DNA from: Methanofastidiosum sp.
GTDB taxonomy: Archaea; Methanobacteriota_B; Thermococci; Methanofastidiosales; Methanofastidiosaceae
DNA: 64,000 bases
Reading direction: 5' to 3'
Assembly: GCA_040771805.1 (NCBI GenBank)
Contig: JAXGZJ010000001.1
Location: 1,113,287 to 1,177,286 of the forward strand
Positions within the stretch are counted from its first letter, which is position 1. Each line of letters starts with the position of its first letter. The notes beneath the pieces were generated by a model. The model was not told the origin of the DNA. It did not search any database and saw only the letters and a program-made list of their open reading frames with translations. Shown in pieces: positions 1-10,267 of the stretch. Position numbers and translations under genes: made by a program.

Positions 1-1906
<1,906 letters not shown>

Positions 1907-1907
<1 letters not shown>

Positions 1908-2281
1908 TGTTTGAATTGCACTCTAAATTTAAGTATAAACAGGTAGTAATTGTAAGGGAAGATTTGAAATTATCCAAGGGAAAACTTTCAGTTCAAGTCG
2001 CACATGCAGCAGTAAGCTGCGCTATAAAGGCAGAGAAAAATAAAAATAAATTTTTTTTAGAATGGCTTACAGAAGGTCAGAAGAAAATTGTATTAAAGGT
2101 GGAAAATCTTGACCTTCTTTTAAAAATATTTAATGAAGCCAAAAGCATTGGGCTTGTCACTGAACTTATAAAAGATGCCGGATTAACTGAAGTTCCCCCT
2201 GGAACTATAACTGTATTAGGTATAGGGCCTGCCCCTGAAGAAGAAATAGATAAAATAGTTGGAGATTTAAAACTCCTTTGA
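1907..2281 (+). CDS. pth2: peptidyl-tRNA hydrolase, archaeal Pth2 type
   Basis: 124 aa with the Pth2-like KLSKGKLSVQVAHAAV core. The start overlaps the purA stop (TAATG). Confidence 0.85.
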
Positions 2282-2347
2282 CACAAATACAAAAGCTTAT
2301 ATAGATACTTTTTGAAAACTTATCTGAAACACTATTGGAGGTAGCAA

Positions 2348-2845
2348 ATGAAAAAAATATTCACGATATTATTATTTTTCATATTGGCATTTTCAGTATC
2401 ATTATCCCCTTTATTGGCAGCCGAAAATAATGCGCCGGAACTTGAAAAAGGAGTATTACTGTACACTTTCAAAAATCTTGTTTTTTCTTATAAATTTCAA
2501 GTAGAGTATATTGATGCAGATGGGGATGCACCTAAATATGTCTTTGTTTTTATTAATGGTTCAAAAAGAGAAATGTATAAAGTGGATCCAAAAGATAACG
2601 ATGCAAAAGATGGTATTCTGTATGCGTTATCTATGGACCAAGATGAACTTTTTAAATTAGCTCCAAAAGCCCATGAATGGGAAATTTCGTACTGGTTTAG
2701 GACAAATGACGGTAAAGGGCCCGTAAGTACAAAAATATCTAAATTATTTGCATTGGACACAGAATCAATGGGGCTTATCACAGCTAACTCAGCAGGAGGG
2801 TCAGTAGGAGGGGGATCTTCAAGCGGGTGTGGGTGTGGAAAATAG
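2348..2845 (+). CDS. secreted/surface protein of unknown function
   Basis: Signal peptide MKKIFTILLFFILAFSVSLSPLLAAE, GGAGG upstream of the ATG, and a Gly/Ser-rich C-terminal tail ending CGCGK. No domain recognised. Confidence 0.6.
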   Translation: MKKIFTILLFFILAFSVSLSPLLAAENNAPELEKGVLLYTFKNLVFSYKFQVEYIDADGDAPKYVFVFINGSKREMYKVDPKDNDAKDGILYALSMDQDELFKLAPKAHEWEISYWFRTNDGKGPVSTKISKLFALDTESMGLITANSAGGSVGGGSSSGCGCGK

Positions 2846-2902
2846 TTTTTTTAACCAATACTTTTATATATTATTTTTTTAAACCTATGACAAGGTGAAA
2901 CT

Positions 2903-3061
2903 ATGGAGTTCTATATTTTCATAGCAATTGTAATAGGATTGGTAGCATTGTTTTCTATAATCGAAGCACTAAGTAGAAAAAGAGACTACTTAAATAAACC
3001 TCCTTTAAAGGGTAATGAAAGAAATACTCAGTACGTACCACAATCTATTCCAAAAAAATAA
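2903..3061 (+). CDS. small single-pass membrane protein (52 aa, below ORF-track cutoff)
   Basis: ATG at 2903 with GGTGA 5 nt upstream. A hydrophobic helix (MEFYIFIAIVIGLVALFSIIEAL) is followed by a basic tail; TAA at 3059-3061. Confidence 0.4.
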   Translation: MEFYIFIAIVIGLVALFSIIEALSRKRDYLNKPPLKGNERNTQYVPQSIPKK

Positions 3062-3071
3062 AGGATATACA

Positions 3072-3944
3072 TTATTTTTTTGTTCTTTTTCTAATATATT
3101 TCACCACGAAGTATAGTATTCCTGCCATTATTGCTATTGGAATTAGAAAGCCACCTAATATTATTATACCTGCAATAGAAATTATTAAAGCATCTATTGC
3201 TTGATTAAATGCTTTCTTTATCCCCCATTCATGGACAATCTTTTCAGGCTCATTGAGAGTTAAATAAAAAGTTCCATAAGATGTAGTGTTATCTAAATAT
3301 TTTATTCTTCTTTCGTAGCTTTCTATTTCACCCCTGATTCTTCCAAGCTGAACTTCAATTGCAAGTACATCTTCTACGCTTTTAGCCATGCTCAATAACT
3401 CTGTATATCGATATTCTTGATTTTTCAAGTTTTTTACTCTTGCTTGTAGATCTATATATTCTTCTGTAACATCATTAGCAGATGTTTCTTTAGATTTAAC
3501 TATTCCAATTTGCCCTAAGGAATCCCCAAAAGCTTCGAATCTATTTTCAGGTATCTTTACAGTAATATTGCCGTTTTTGATATTAGAGTCAGAAGTCCAC
3601 ATATTGGATCCAGTAATATATCCTCCAAAACTATTTGCTAATTCTTTTATTTTAGATACCGACAAATCAAAGTTTTCAACTTCAATATTTGCACGTCCAT
3701 TTTTAACAATCCTTCTATCAATTGAATTAATGTCTCCCGATGTGGCATATATTTGGGTAGCTTCTTTTGCATAAGCACTACTGTCTGTCACTCCTCTGTA
3801 TCCACTTGGTAAGGAAATACCATTCCCATATACTATTTTTTTTGGATATATACTTGAGCTTAGAAATAAATTACCTATAAAAAATCCAGTTAATAGAATT
3901 ACAAGTATGCCAATTGCTCCAAATGCAATAAATGATCTTTTCAT
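3072..3944 (-). CDS. DUF4349-like membrane protein
   Basis: N-terminal TM helix, central coiled coil (DLQARVKNLKNQEYRYTELL...QLGRIRGEIESYERRIKYLDN) and C-terminal TM segments. Start taken at the second Met (MKRSF); the ORF track begins at 3974. Confidence 0.6.
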   Translation of the reverse strand: MKRSFIAFGAIGILVILLTGFFIGNLFLSSSIYPKKIVYGNGISLPSGYRGVTDSSAYAKEATQIYATSGDINSIDRRIVKNGRANIEVENFDLSVSKIKELANSFGGYITGSNMWTSDSNIKNGNITVKIPENRFEAFGDSLGQIGIVKSKETSANDVTEEYIDLQARVKNLKNQEYRYTELLSMAKSVEDVLAIEVQLGRIRGEIESYERRIKYLDNTTSYGTFYLTLNEPEKIVHEWGIKKAFNQAIDALIISIAGIIILGGFLIPIAIMAGILYFVVKYIRKRTKK

Positions 3945-4001
3945 TTTATCACCAAATATAAGATGTAAAAACAATATTTATATATTTCCGTATGGTTCAA
4001 T

Positions 4002-5423
4002 TTATATTGAACCTTTAATATTTAGTTTTAAAGTTTTGAAGAAGTAATCTGAAATAGTATCCCCTACTATTCTTACTAACACATCTCTATCCTCAGTATA
4101 TGAAAATGCTCCCAAAGATATCTTTGCTGCAGCAAAGTTCATATGGCCCCCTGCAGAACCCATCTTTGAAAAAGTTTTAGTAATTACTTTACTAATATCA
4201 ATTATGTGGTCTCTTGATCTTGCTGAAATGTACGCATGATCTTCAATTATTCCAATAACGAGTGATACAGTAATTCCTTCAAGTTTTAACAAAAGATCCG
4301 CAGATTGAGATAAAGATTCTCTCGTTTCAACGTAACCAACATTGGAAACAACAAATTTATCATATATTTTTTTATTACTTATAGCTTTGGAAAGCACCTC
4401 TAGAGTTCTTGAAGAAATATTGGGATTCTCTATAATGTTCAAAAGTTCTTTATTTATCTTAGGTTTGAGGTAATAAACTGCATCAATGTCTTCTTTTTCA
4501 AAACTTCTTTTAAAATTATCAGTATCGACAAGAATGCCATACAATAATCCTGTAGCTAATTGTTCATTAATTTCGATATTGAAGTCTCTAAGATAAGAGG
4601 TCATAATAGTTGCAGTTGCACCTACCTTAGGTCGTATGTCCATCAACTCAGCATTTATTTTTTCTCCTTCAGTATAGTGGTGATCAATAATAATATCTGG
4701 CCGTAATTCGGAAGTTGAGAGACTAGTGTTAGATAAATTCGGCATATCAATTAATGCAATTTTGTCATACTCCTTCAATATGTATTTTTTATGCTCTGGT
4801 ATTTTTTTAAAATTCCACTTTAATAGATCGATCATCATCCTATTTCCTTCATGCCCAATATCACCACCATAATAAATATCGGTTACTACTTTCATATCTT
4901 CGGCAATAGTTTTTAGAGCATAAGCACTTGACATTGCATCTGGGTCTGGATTATCATGCATAATAATGGCTAAGGACTTAGCTTTTGAAAGTATTTTTTT
5001 CAATAGATCCTTATTCCTCCAATAAATTGAAAGTTCCAGTTGATTTATTATTATTTGGGCAACTGATCGATCTGGGGTAATAACGAAGTCCGCCCCTAAT
5101 TTTTTCAAAATTGAAATGTGATCTGAACTCGGGGCGTTGATTATTATCAAGGCATCTTTATTTAGATCTCTTGCAATCTTCAAAGCTTCAATATTAACTT
5201 TGTGATTAGAAGTTGAAATAATAATCTCTTTATAGCTAGCAATATCAATACCTATTAGATTGAAAGATTTTGTAAAATCAAAAAGATATGTTTTGCAGCC
5301 GATACTCTCTACTCTGCTTAAAGCCTCCATATTCTTATCTAGGACGACTACTCTTTTTCCCCTCCTTTTAAGGGCTAAAGCTACGGCATATCCAATTTTA
5401 CCGGCTCCAAAAATGAGAGGCAT
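4002..5423 (-). CDS. TrkA-N (RCK_N) domain fused to DHH/DHHA1 phosphoesterase
   Basis: N-terminal Rossmann motif FGAGKIGYAVA...VVVLD. DHH motifs MHDNPDPDAMSS and IIDHH, plus DHHA1 motif GSAGGH. Confidence 0.75.
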   Translation of the reverse strand: MPLIFGAGKIGYAVALALKRRGKRVVVLDKNMEALSRVESIGCKTYLFDFTKSFNLIGIDIASYKEIIISTSNHKVNIEALKIARDLNKDALIIINAPSSDHISILKKLGADFVITPDRSVAQIIINQLELSIYWRNKDLLKKILSKAKSLAIIMHDNPDPDAMSSAYALKTIAEDMKVVTDIYYGGDIGHEGNRMMIDLLKWNFKKIPEHKKYILKEYDKIALIDMPNLSNTSLSTSELRPDIIIDHHYTEGEKINAELMDIRPKVGATATIMTSYLRDFNIEINEQLATGLLYGILVDTDNFKRSFEKEDIDAVYYLKPKINKELLNIIENPNISSRTLEVLSKAISNKKIYDKFVVSNVGYVETRESLSQSADLLLKLEGITVSLVIGIIEDHAYISARSRDHIIDISKVITKTFSKMGSAGGHMNFAAAKISLGAFSYTEDRDVLVRIVGDTISDYFFKTLKLNIKGSI

Positions 5424-5508
5424 GAATATAAATATAGATAGAAATATATATCCTTTACTGATTTAACCAAAATAATTATAAATAGTATAATTATTTACCA
5501 ATTGAGGT

Positions 5509-6375
5509 ATGTCTTTGGGAAGTTCAGTAGACGATGAAATTATTAAAATTTCTCTAGAATTAAAAGCTTTGGAATCTGAGGCTGAAATATATAAAAAAGA
5601 ATTTTCAACTATTAAACAAAAAAGGGATGAAAAAAATTCTCAATTTTTTGATTTAATAAAAAAAGGAAAAGAAAATAAGGAACTTAGAGATAAAGCTAAC
5701 GAAGAAACTAAAAAATACAAGGCATTACGTGAAGAAAATGCTATAAAACTGAAAAGTATTTATGATTCTCTAAATAGGCTAAAAGAAGCAACAATGAATA
5801 AAGATGTAACTTCTTCTTCTGAAATAGAAAAAAAGATCGATAATATAGAATGGAAACTCGAAACTGAAGTTCTTTCTATAGACAAGGAAAGACAACTTGT
5901 GGACATGATTAAAAATTTAAAAATAGATCTTAAAGAGTCAAAAACTCATGAAGAACTGTCTAAGGAAGTTCGTTTTTCTAAGAAAGATTTAGACGCATTG
6001 AAAAAAAATTCTGAAGAATATCACAAAAAAGTTTTAGAATTGTCTGATGAATCTACTAAATATCATCAGCGTATGATATACTATTTTAATACTTCAGAAG
6101 ACATAAAAAAAGAAGCAGATACACTACATAAACATTATCTTGAAAAGAAAAAGCAAGTGGATGAACTCTACGATAAAATAAGAGAACTTAGAGCTAAAGT
6201 CAAAGGACTAGAAATTAATTCAAGAAAAACAGAAAAGCAAATAAAAGAGAAAAAGATAAAAGAGAAGAAATTAGAACTTTCAAAGAAAAGTGAGGACATA
6301 TTAGAAAAATTCAAAAACGGTGAAAAACTTACTTTAGAAGAACTGAAGATTCTTCAAGCTGGAGGAAATATTTGA
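5509..6375 (+). CDS. archaeal coiled-coil protein (COG1340-like)
   Basis: 288 aa, Lys/Glu-rich and heptad-like throughout. Sits in the archaeal neighbourhood with UPF0045 and DUF373 genes. Confidence 0.55.
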   Translation: MSLGSSVDDEIIKISLELKALESEAEIYKKEFSTIKQKRDEKNSQFFDLIKKGKENKELRDKANEETKKYKALREENAIKLKSIYDSLNRLKEATMNKDVTSSSEIEKKIDNIEWKLETEVLSIDKERQLVDMIKNLKIDLKESKTHEELSKEVRFSKKDLDALKKNSEEYHKKVLELSDESTKYHQRMIYYFNTSEDIKKEADTLHKHYLEKKKQVDELYDKIRELRAKVKGLEINSRKTEKQIKEKKIKEKKLELSKKSEDILEKFKNGEKLTLEELKILQAGGNI

Positions 6376-6662
6376 TAGTAGAAATATCCTTTGTTCCTAT
6401 AGGAGTTGGAACTTCTTTAAGTCAGTATATTGCTAAAGTAATTAATCATATAGATGAAAGTGGACTAAAATATCAGCTTACCCCCATGGGCACCATCATA
6501 GAAGCAGATTGGGAAGAAATATCTAGTTTCATTGATTATTCGCATAACCTACTATTCCAAATGGGAGTAGAAAGAATTATAACTAACATAAAGATAGATT
6601 ATAGATTAGACAAGAAATCTTCTATGAAAGATAAAATTGACTCTGTTAAAGAGAAGAGGTAG
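6372..6662 (+). CDS. MTH1187/YkoF-family (UPF0045) protein
   Basis: 96 aa. The N-terminus IVEISFVPIGVGTSLSQYIAKVINHIDESGLKYQLTPMGTIIE is typical of the family. TTG start overlaps the upstream stop. Confidence 0.7.
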   Translation: MIVEISFVPIGVGTSLSQYIAKVINHIDESGLKYQLTPMGTIIEADWEEISSFIDYSHNLLFQMGVERIITNIKIDYRLDKKSSMKDKIDSVKEKR

Positions 6663-6667
6663 AGGCG

Positions 6668-7729
6668 ATGTTTGAGAAGAAAATATTGGTACTTTCAGTT
6701 GATAGAGATAATGATCTGGGAGTAAAAGCTGGCATTCAAGGGCCTTTAATAGGCGAAAAAAGTATCTTAAATGCAGCTATGGAGCTTGGAATAGCCGACC
6801 CTACCGAATCAGATACTAATGTTCTTTTTAGAGCAATTAATGTTTTTAGAAAATTAAAAAATGAAGGCACCCCATGTGAAGTTGTAGCGATCACAGGAGA
6901 TGCAGACGTTGGAGTAAAATCAGATATTGTATTATCCGACCAACTTGATCGAGTTCTTAAAAAAATTAAGTCAAAAGGGGTTATACTTGTAACAGATGGA
7001 AAGGAGGATGAAAATATTTTACCTACCCTCCAATCAAAAATTCCGATAATATCTATTGACCGAATAGTGATACAACAGAGTGAATCAATAGAAGAAACTT
7101 ATTTTATTCTACATAGATATATAAAAGAAATCATGGAAGATAGAAAGCTTGCAGGACTTGTACTTGGTGCTCCAGGACTGACTTTTCTTCTTTTTGGTGC
7201 AGCTTTTTTACTTGGTAAGCCTCAAATAGGATGGTTTGGATTTTTATTTGTTTTAGGAATTTATTTATTCTTCAAAGGATTTGGAATAGATAATTTTTTA
7301 AGAAAAGAATTTTCCCCAAGAAGGGTGGGATTTGTCTTTTATCTTCTTGCCATATTGCTAGGAATTGTCGGTGTATGGCAAAGTTATTATTACCTACTTC
7401 AATATCCAACTTGGCAAAGTATACCATTGGTCATAGCAACAATTTTATCCAGAATTGAACTTATTTATGTAGCATTTGCAATAGCAATGTTTGGTAGATT
7501 TTTGGAAGCTTACTCTACAAATAAAAAAGAAGTAATGAGTACCCTTGCACTAACATTTTTCACTGCTGTGCTTTCGTTTATATTATACCAATCCGCTAAT
7601 TTCATTTTGGGTTCAATCTCTTTACAGCTTCTAATGATTTATTTAGTAATCGCTGGTGGATTAACACTACTATTTATGAGATTGACTGGGAAACTAAGAG
7701 TTAAAATTACGCCCGAGGCTTACAGTTAG
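6668..7729 (+). CDS. DUF373-family membrane protein
   Basis: Soluble N-terminal domain starting ILVLSVDRDNDLG, followed by about 6 TM helices; 353 aa. Confidence 0.65.
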   Translation: MFEKKILVLSVDRDNDLGVKAGIQGPLIGEKSILNAAMELGIADPTESDTNVLFRAINVFRKLKNEGTPCEVVAITGDADVGVKSDIVLSDQLDRVLKKIKSKGVILVTDGKEDENILPTLQSKIPIISIDRIVIQQSESIEETYFILHRYIKEIMEDRKLAGLVLGAPGLTFLLFGAAFLLGKPQIGWFGFLFVLGIYLFFKGFGIDNFLRKEFSPRRVGFVFYLLAILLGIVGVWQSYYYLLQYPTWQSIPLVIATILSRIELIYVAFAIAMFGRFLEAYSTNKKEVMSTLALTFFTAVLSFILYQSANFILGSISLQLLMIYLVIAGGLTLLFMRLTGKLRVKITPEAYS

Positions 7730-8279
7730 CAAGTTCTTGTAATTTTTCTATCCCACTTTCCATTCCGAGACCATATAGTATATCCCCTTCTTCCACTATG
7801 AAGTATTTTTTAGGTGAGTAAATATGGTCTTTACCTCTTTTTACTAAAAATATGTAAATCCCTGTTTTGCTTTGTAATTTTATTTCTTGGAATGTTTTGC
7901 CTATAATAATCGAATCTGCACATATTTTTACTTTAGAAATGATTTGATCTGTTTCCTTCATTGCCTGCTTAAATATTGGGTGGGCATCAATTCCCCTAAT
8001 TACAATATCTGCTATCTCAGAGGCAGCGTCTGCAATAGCTTCAGTTGCTTCAGTAATATGGAACAAACTTAATAGATCCTCTGGATTGTCTACTTTAGAT
8101 GCTTTTTCTAATATTTTTTTGCCCATTTCATAATTTAGCTTGTCCACAACTTCTTCCAGTTCCATTACTTCCTCTGCTATGTACTTATTGTCGTATAAAA
8201 GGGCTGTATATGATAGTGCAACCATTAACTCCGAATAATTTTTCATTCGAGTTAATATACCTGCCATACCTGTTTCCAT
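7707..8279 (-). CDS. PhoU-like plus TrkA-C (RCK_C) domain protein (COG3273-like)
   Basis: Helical PhoU-like N-terminal half. C-terminal RCK_C-like segment IIIGKTFQEIKLQSKTGIYIFLVKRGKDHIYSPKKYFIVEEGDILYGLG. Confidence 0.65.
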   Translation of the reverse strand: METGMAGILTRMKNYSELMVALSYTALLYDNKYIAEEVMELEEVVDKLNYEMGKKILEKASKVDNPEDLLSLFHITEATEAIADAASEIADIVIRGIDAHPIFKQAMKETDQIISKVKICADSIIIGKTFQEIKLQSKTGIYIFLVKRGKDHIYSPKKYFIVEEGDILYGLGMESGIEKLQELANCKPRA

Positions 8280-8283
8280 AATA

Positions 8284-8898
8284 TCACCATTTTGCCTTTA
8301 TACCGCTACATATACTCTTTAATATCTCGAGCCCAGTATTGCCCCCTCTTGCAATGAGGATATCTCCTTCTCTAATAACAAATCCTTTTGTAGGATTATA
8401 CTTTATCGAATCTTTTCTTTTTACTGCAATAACATATATACCTATTTTAGATCCAAGTTCTGCTTTCTTCAAAGTCATACGTGCAAGTTTTGATTTAGGG
8501 GAAACTTCAAATCTTTCTATCTGTTCTTCAGCATCTTCCAAAGCTTCGTAAACTATTGGATGAACTTTCATATCTCTTAGGATAATATTTGATAAATCAC
8601 CTGCCGCGTTAGATATCTTTTCAGAGGCTGAGGCAAAATGTAAAACTGCTGAAATTCTCTCCGCATCCTCTACGCTCCTCGCAGCAAGCATTGCAGTTAT
8701 CCTTATTCTATAATTCAATTCATCCATCTTACTTTCAAGTTCTGAAACATCTTCTGCAATTTCCTTATTTTTAAAAAGAATTGAAGAATAGGCTAAATCG
8801 ACCATTAATTCAGATATATCTTTCATTTCAATTAACAAATCTTTGACACTAACTGGTTTATACTTAAAAAGTTTAGATCCTTTGCGTCGTTTGGCCAT
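8284..8898 (-). CDS. PhoU-like plus TrkA-C (RCK_C) domain protein, tandem paralog
   Basis: Same architecture as the downstream neighbour, with RCK_C-like LARMTLKKAELGSKIGIYVIAVKRKDSIKYNPTKGFVIREGDILIARG. The gap between the paralogs is 4 nt. Confidence 0.65.
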   Translation of the reverse strand: MAKRRKGSKLFKYKPVSVKDLLIEMKDISELMVDLAYSSILFKNKEIAEDVSELESKMDELNYRIRITAMLAARSVEDAERISAVLHFASASEKISNAAGDLSNIILRDMKVHPIVYEALEDAEEQIERFEVSPKSKLARMTLKKAELGSKIGIYVIAVKRKDSIKYNPTKGFVIREGDILIARGGNTGLEILKSICSGIKAKW

Positions 8899-8997
8899 TA
8901 TTTTTTCTCTCCTAAAAGAGTCTAATAAAACTTATTTTAATTGCTATTTAAGGATTTCGAATATATTTATATATTATCTAATTGAGAGTTTTTACTA

Positions 8998-9070
8998 GGG
9001 CCTGTGGTCTAGTGGATATGGCGTCGGGCTTCGGACCCGAAGAACGTGGGTTCAAATCCCATCAGGCCCG
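8998..9070 (+). tRNA. tRNA-Arg (anticodon UCG)
   Basis: Hand-folded cloverleaf. Acceptor GGGCCTG/CAGGCCC, anticodon stem TCGGG/CCCGA with loop CTTCGGA, T arm GTGGG-TTCAAAT-CCCAT, discriminator G; 73 nt, no encoded CCA. Confidence 0.9.
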
Positions 9071-9199
9071 CTATCTCACCTGCAATGAAATACAAATAAT
9101 TTATTTTTAGCATATCTTTGAAAAAGATTTAAATCATAATATTTCAACTACAAAATAGTGTTATCTATTAAATAAATATCGGCATTCGATATCAATAAT

Positions 9200-9649
9200 T
9201 TATATCCTTGTTTCCAGTAATGCAATTTTTTCAAATATCTTTTTTTGCGTTTCTATTTTGTTGTTGATATCGTTTATTTCAAAATACTCTATTATGAAAT
9301 TTTTATTACCTACTTTTGGATTAGTAGGCTGCCCCAATATCTTAACTATTTTGTCCTTTTTTTCTTCACTTATAATTATGCCAACTCTGTTTAATCCATT
9401 TTTAATGCCAAATTCTAAAGCTTTGGATATTTGTTTTTCACCAGATAATCTGATTAAATACTCTAGTGAAAAATCTTCTGCAAAATTTGATTCATTTTTA
9501 AAGGCTTCAATAGTTTGATATAATGCCATCGAAATATGATTGATTCCAAATGTTTTACTTTCATCAAAAATGGCAATTGCGCCATTTTCTTTTAAAGTTT
9601 CAACAAGCTGTTTAGGATCTTTAACTTGGATTTCAAATACCAGTAACAT
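9200..9649 (-). CDS. cgi121: KEOPS complex subunit Cgi121
   Basis: EYLIRLSGEKQISKALEFGIKNG..VGII and C-terminal EKIALLE resemble my recollection of archaeal Cgi121 (e.g. the M. jannaschii protein: ILVRASGQRQIHEAIKIIG and EKIALIE). Confidence 0.75.
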   Translation of the reverse strand: MLLVFEIQVKDPKQLVETLKENGAIAIFDESKTFGINHISMALYQTIEAFKNESNFAEDFSLEYLIRLSGEKQISKALEFGIKNGLNRVGIIISEEKKDKIVKILGQPTNPKVGNKNFIIEYFEINDINNKIETQKKIFEKIALLETRI

Positions 9650-9758
9650 AGATATACTATGCTTTCAATTCTTAAAAAATTATCGTTTTACATTGTTAAT
9701 AAAGTTTATAATTGTTAATATCTTCTGGGAATCTAAAAGAACTATTGTTTATCATTGT

Positions 9759-9778
9759 TAACCGAAAACTATATATAG
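9759..9778 (+). promoter_or_regulatory. BRE/TATA-like module P1 (TAACCGAAAACTATATATAG), flanked by an 8-bp inverted repeat
   Basis: CGAAA (BRE-like) plus a TATATA box. TTGTTAAC (9755-9762) and GTTAACAA (9781-9788) bracket it. 16/20 identical to the P2 module. Confidence 0.4.
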
Positions 9779-9994
9779 TAGTTAACAAAATTAGTATTTA
9801 CTGGATAACCCACGTGAGAAACAATGATTATCCATAACGATAATTCGTGAGCGATATTACAATACCACTACTGAAATATCCAGGTAGTATATATGAGGTG
9901 TCCTAATAATATAGAGGCAATATTAAGGAGATACTATGATAATATGTACAAAATATCAGAATAATATAGAGATAGGTTATATAAGATATCTAGA

Positions 9995-10014
9995 TAACCG
10001 AAACTCTTATATAG
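9995..10014 (+). promoter_or_regulatory. BRE/TATA-like module P2 (TAACCGAAACTCTTATATAG), likely cdrS-ftsZ promoter
   Basis: CGAAA plus TTATATA, ending about 42 nt upstream of the ATG at 10056. This spacing is appropriate for an archaeal promoter with a short leader. Confidence 0.5.
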
Positions 10015-10055
10015 ATATATCTCCTATATATCATACAGATGCTAGAGGGACATCA

Positions 10056-10238
10056 ATGAAACTCATATCAGTACAAATACCAGAGGCATATATGAACGGA
10101 TTAGACGAGTTGGTTAATTATGGGTATTTTCCTAATAAGAGTGAAGCCATAAGATCAGCTATCAGAGACATGCTAAAGAACGAGCTTGGTGGGTTTAGAT
10201 CACTTAGAAATGAAGGAATATCTGGAAAAATAAAATAA
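10056..10238 (+). CDS. cdrS: ribbon-helix-helix (CopG-family) protein, CdrS-like
   Basis: 60 aa. RHH pattern MKLISVQIPEAYMNGLDELV..FPNKSEAIRSAIRDML, AGAGGGA upstream, and position directly upstream of ftsZ. The ORF-track start at 9936 adds 40 implausible residues that span the promoter. Confidence 0.65.
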   Translation: MKLISVQIPEAYMNGLDELVNYGYFPNKSEAIRSAIRDMLKNELGGFRSLRNEGISGKIK

Positions 10239-10267
10239 ATAAATAATTATACAATTGGGGGTTTTAT

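Noticed and set aside
9936-10055. 40-codon N-terminal extension of the RHH gene given by the ORF track.
   Set aside because: The extension is Ile/Tyr/Asn-rich translated AT-rich DNA and covers the BRE/TATA-like module. An internal ATG at 10056 has AGAGGGA upstream and yields a canonical 60-aa RHH protein.
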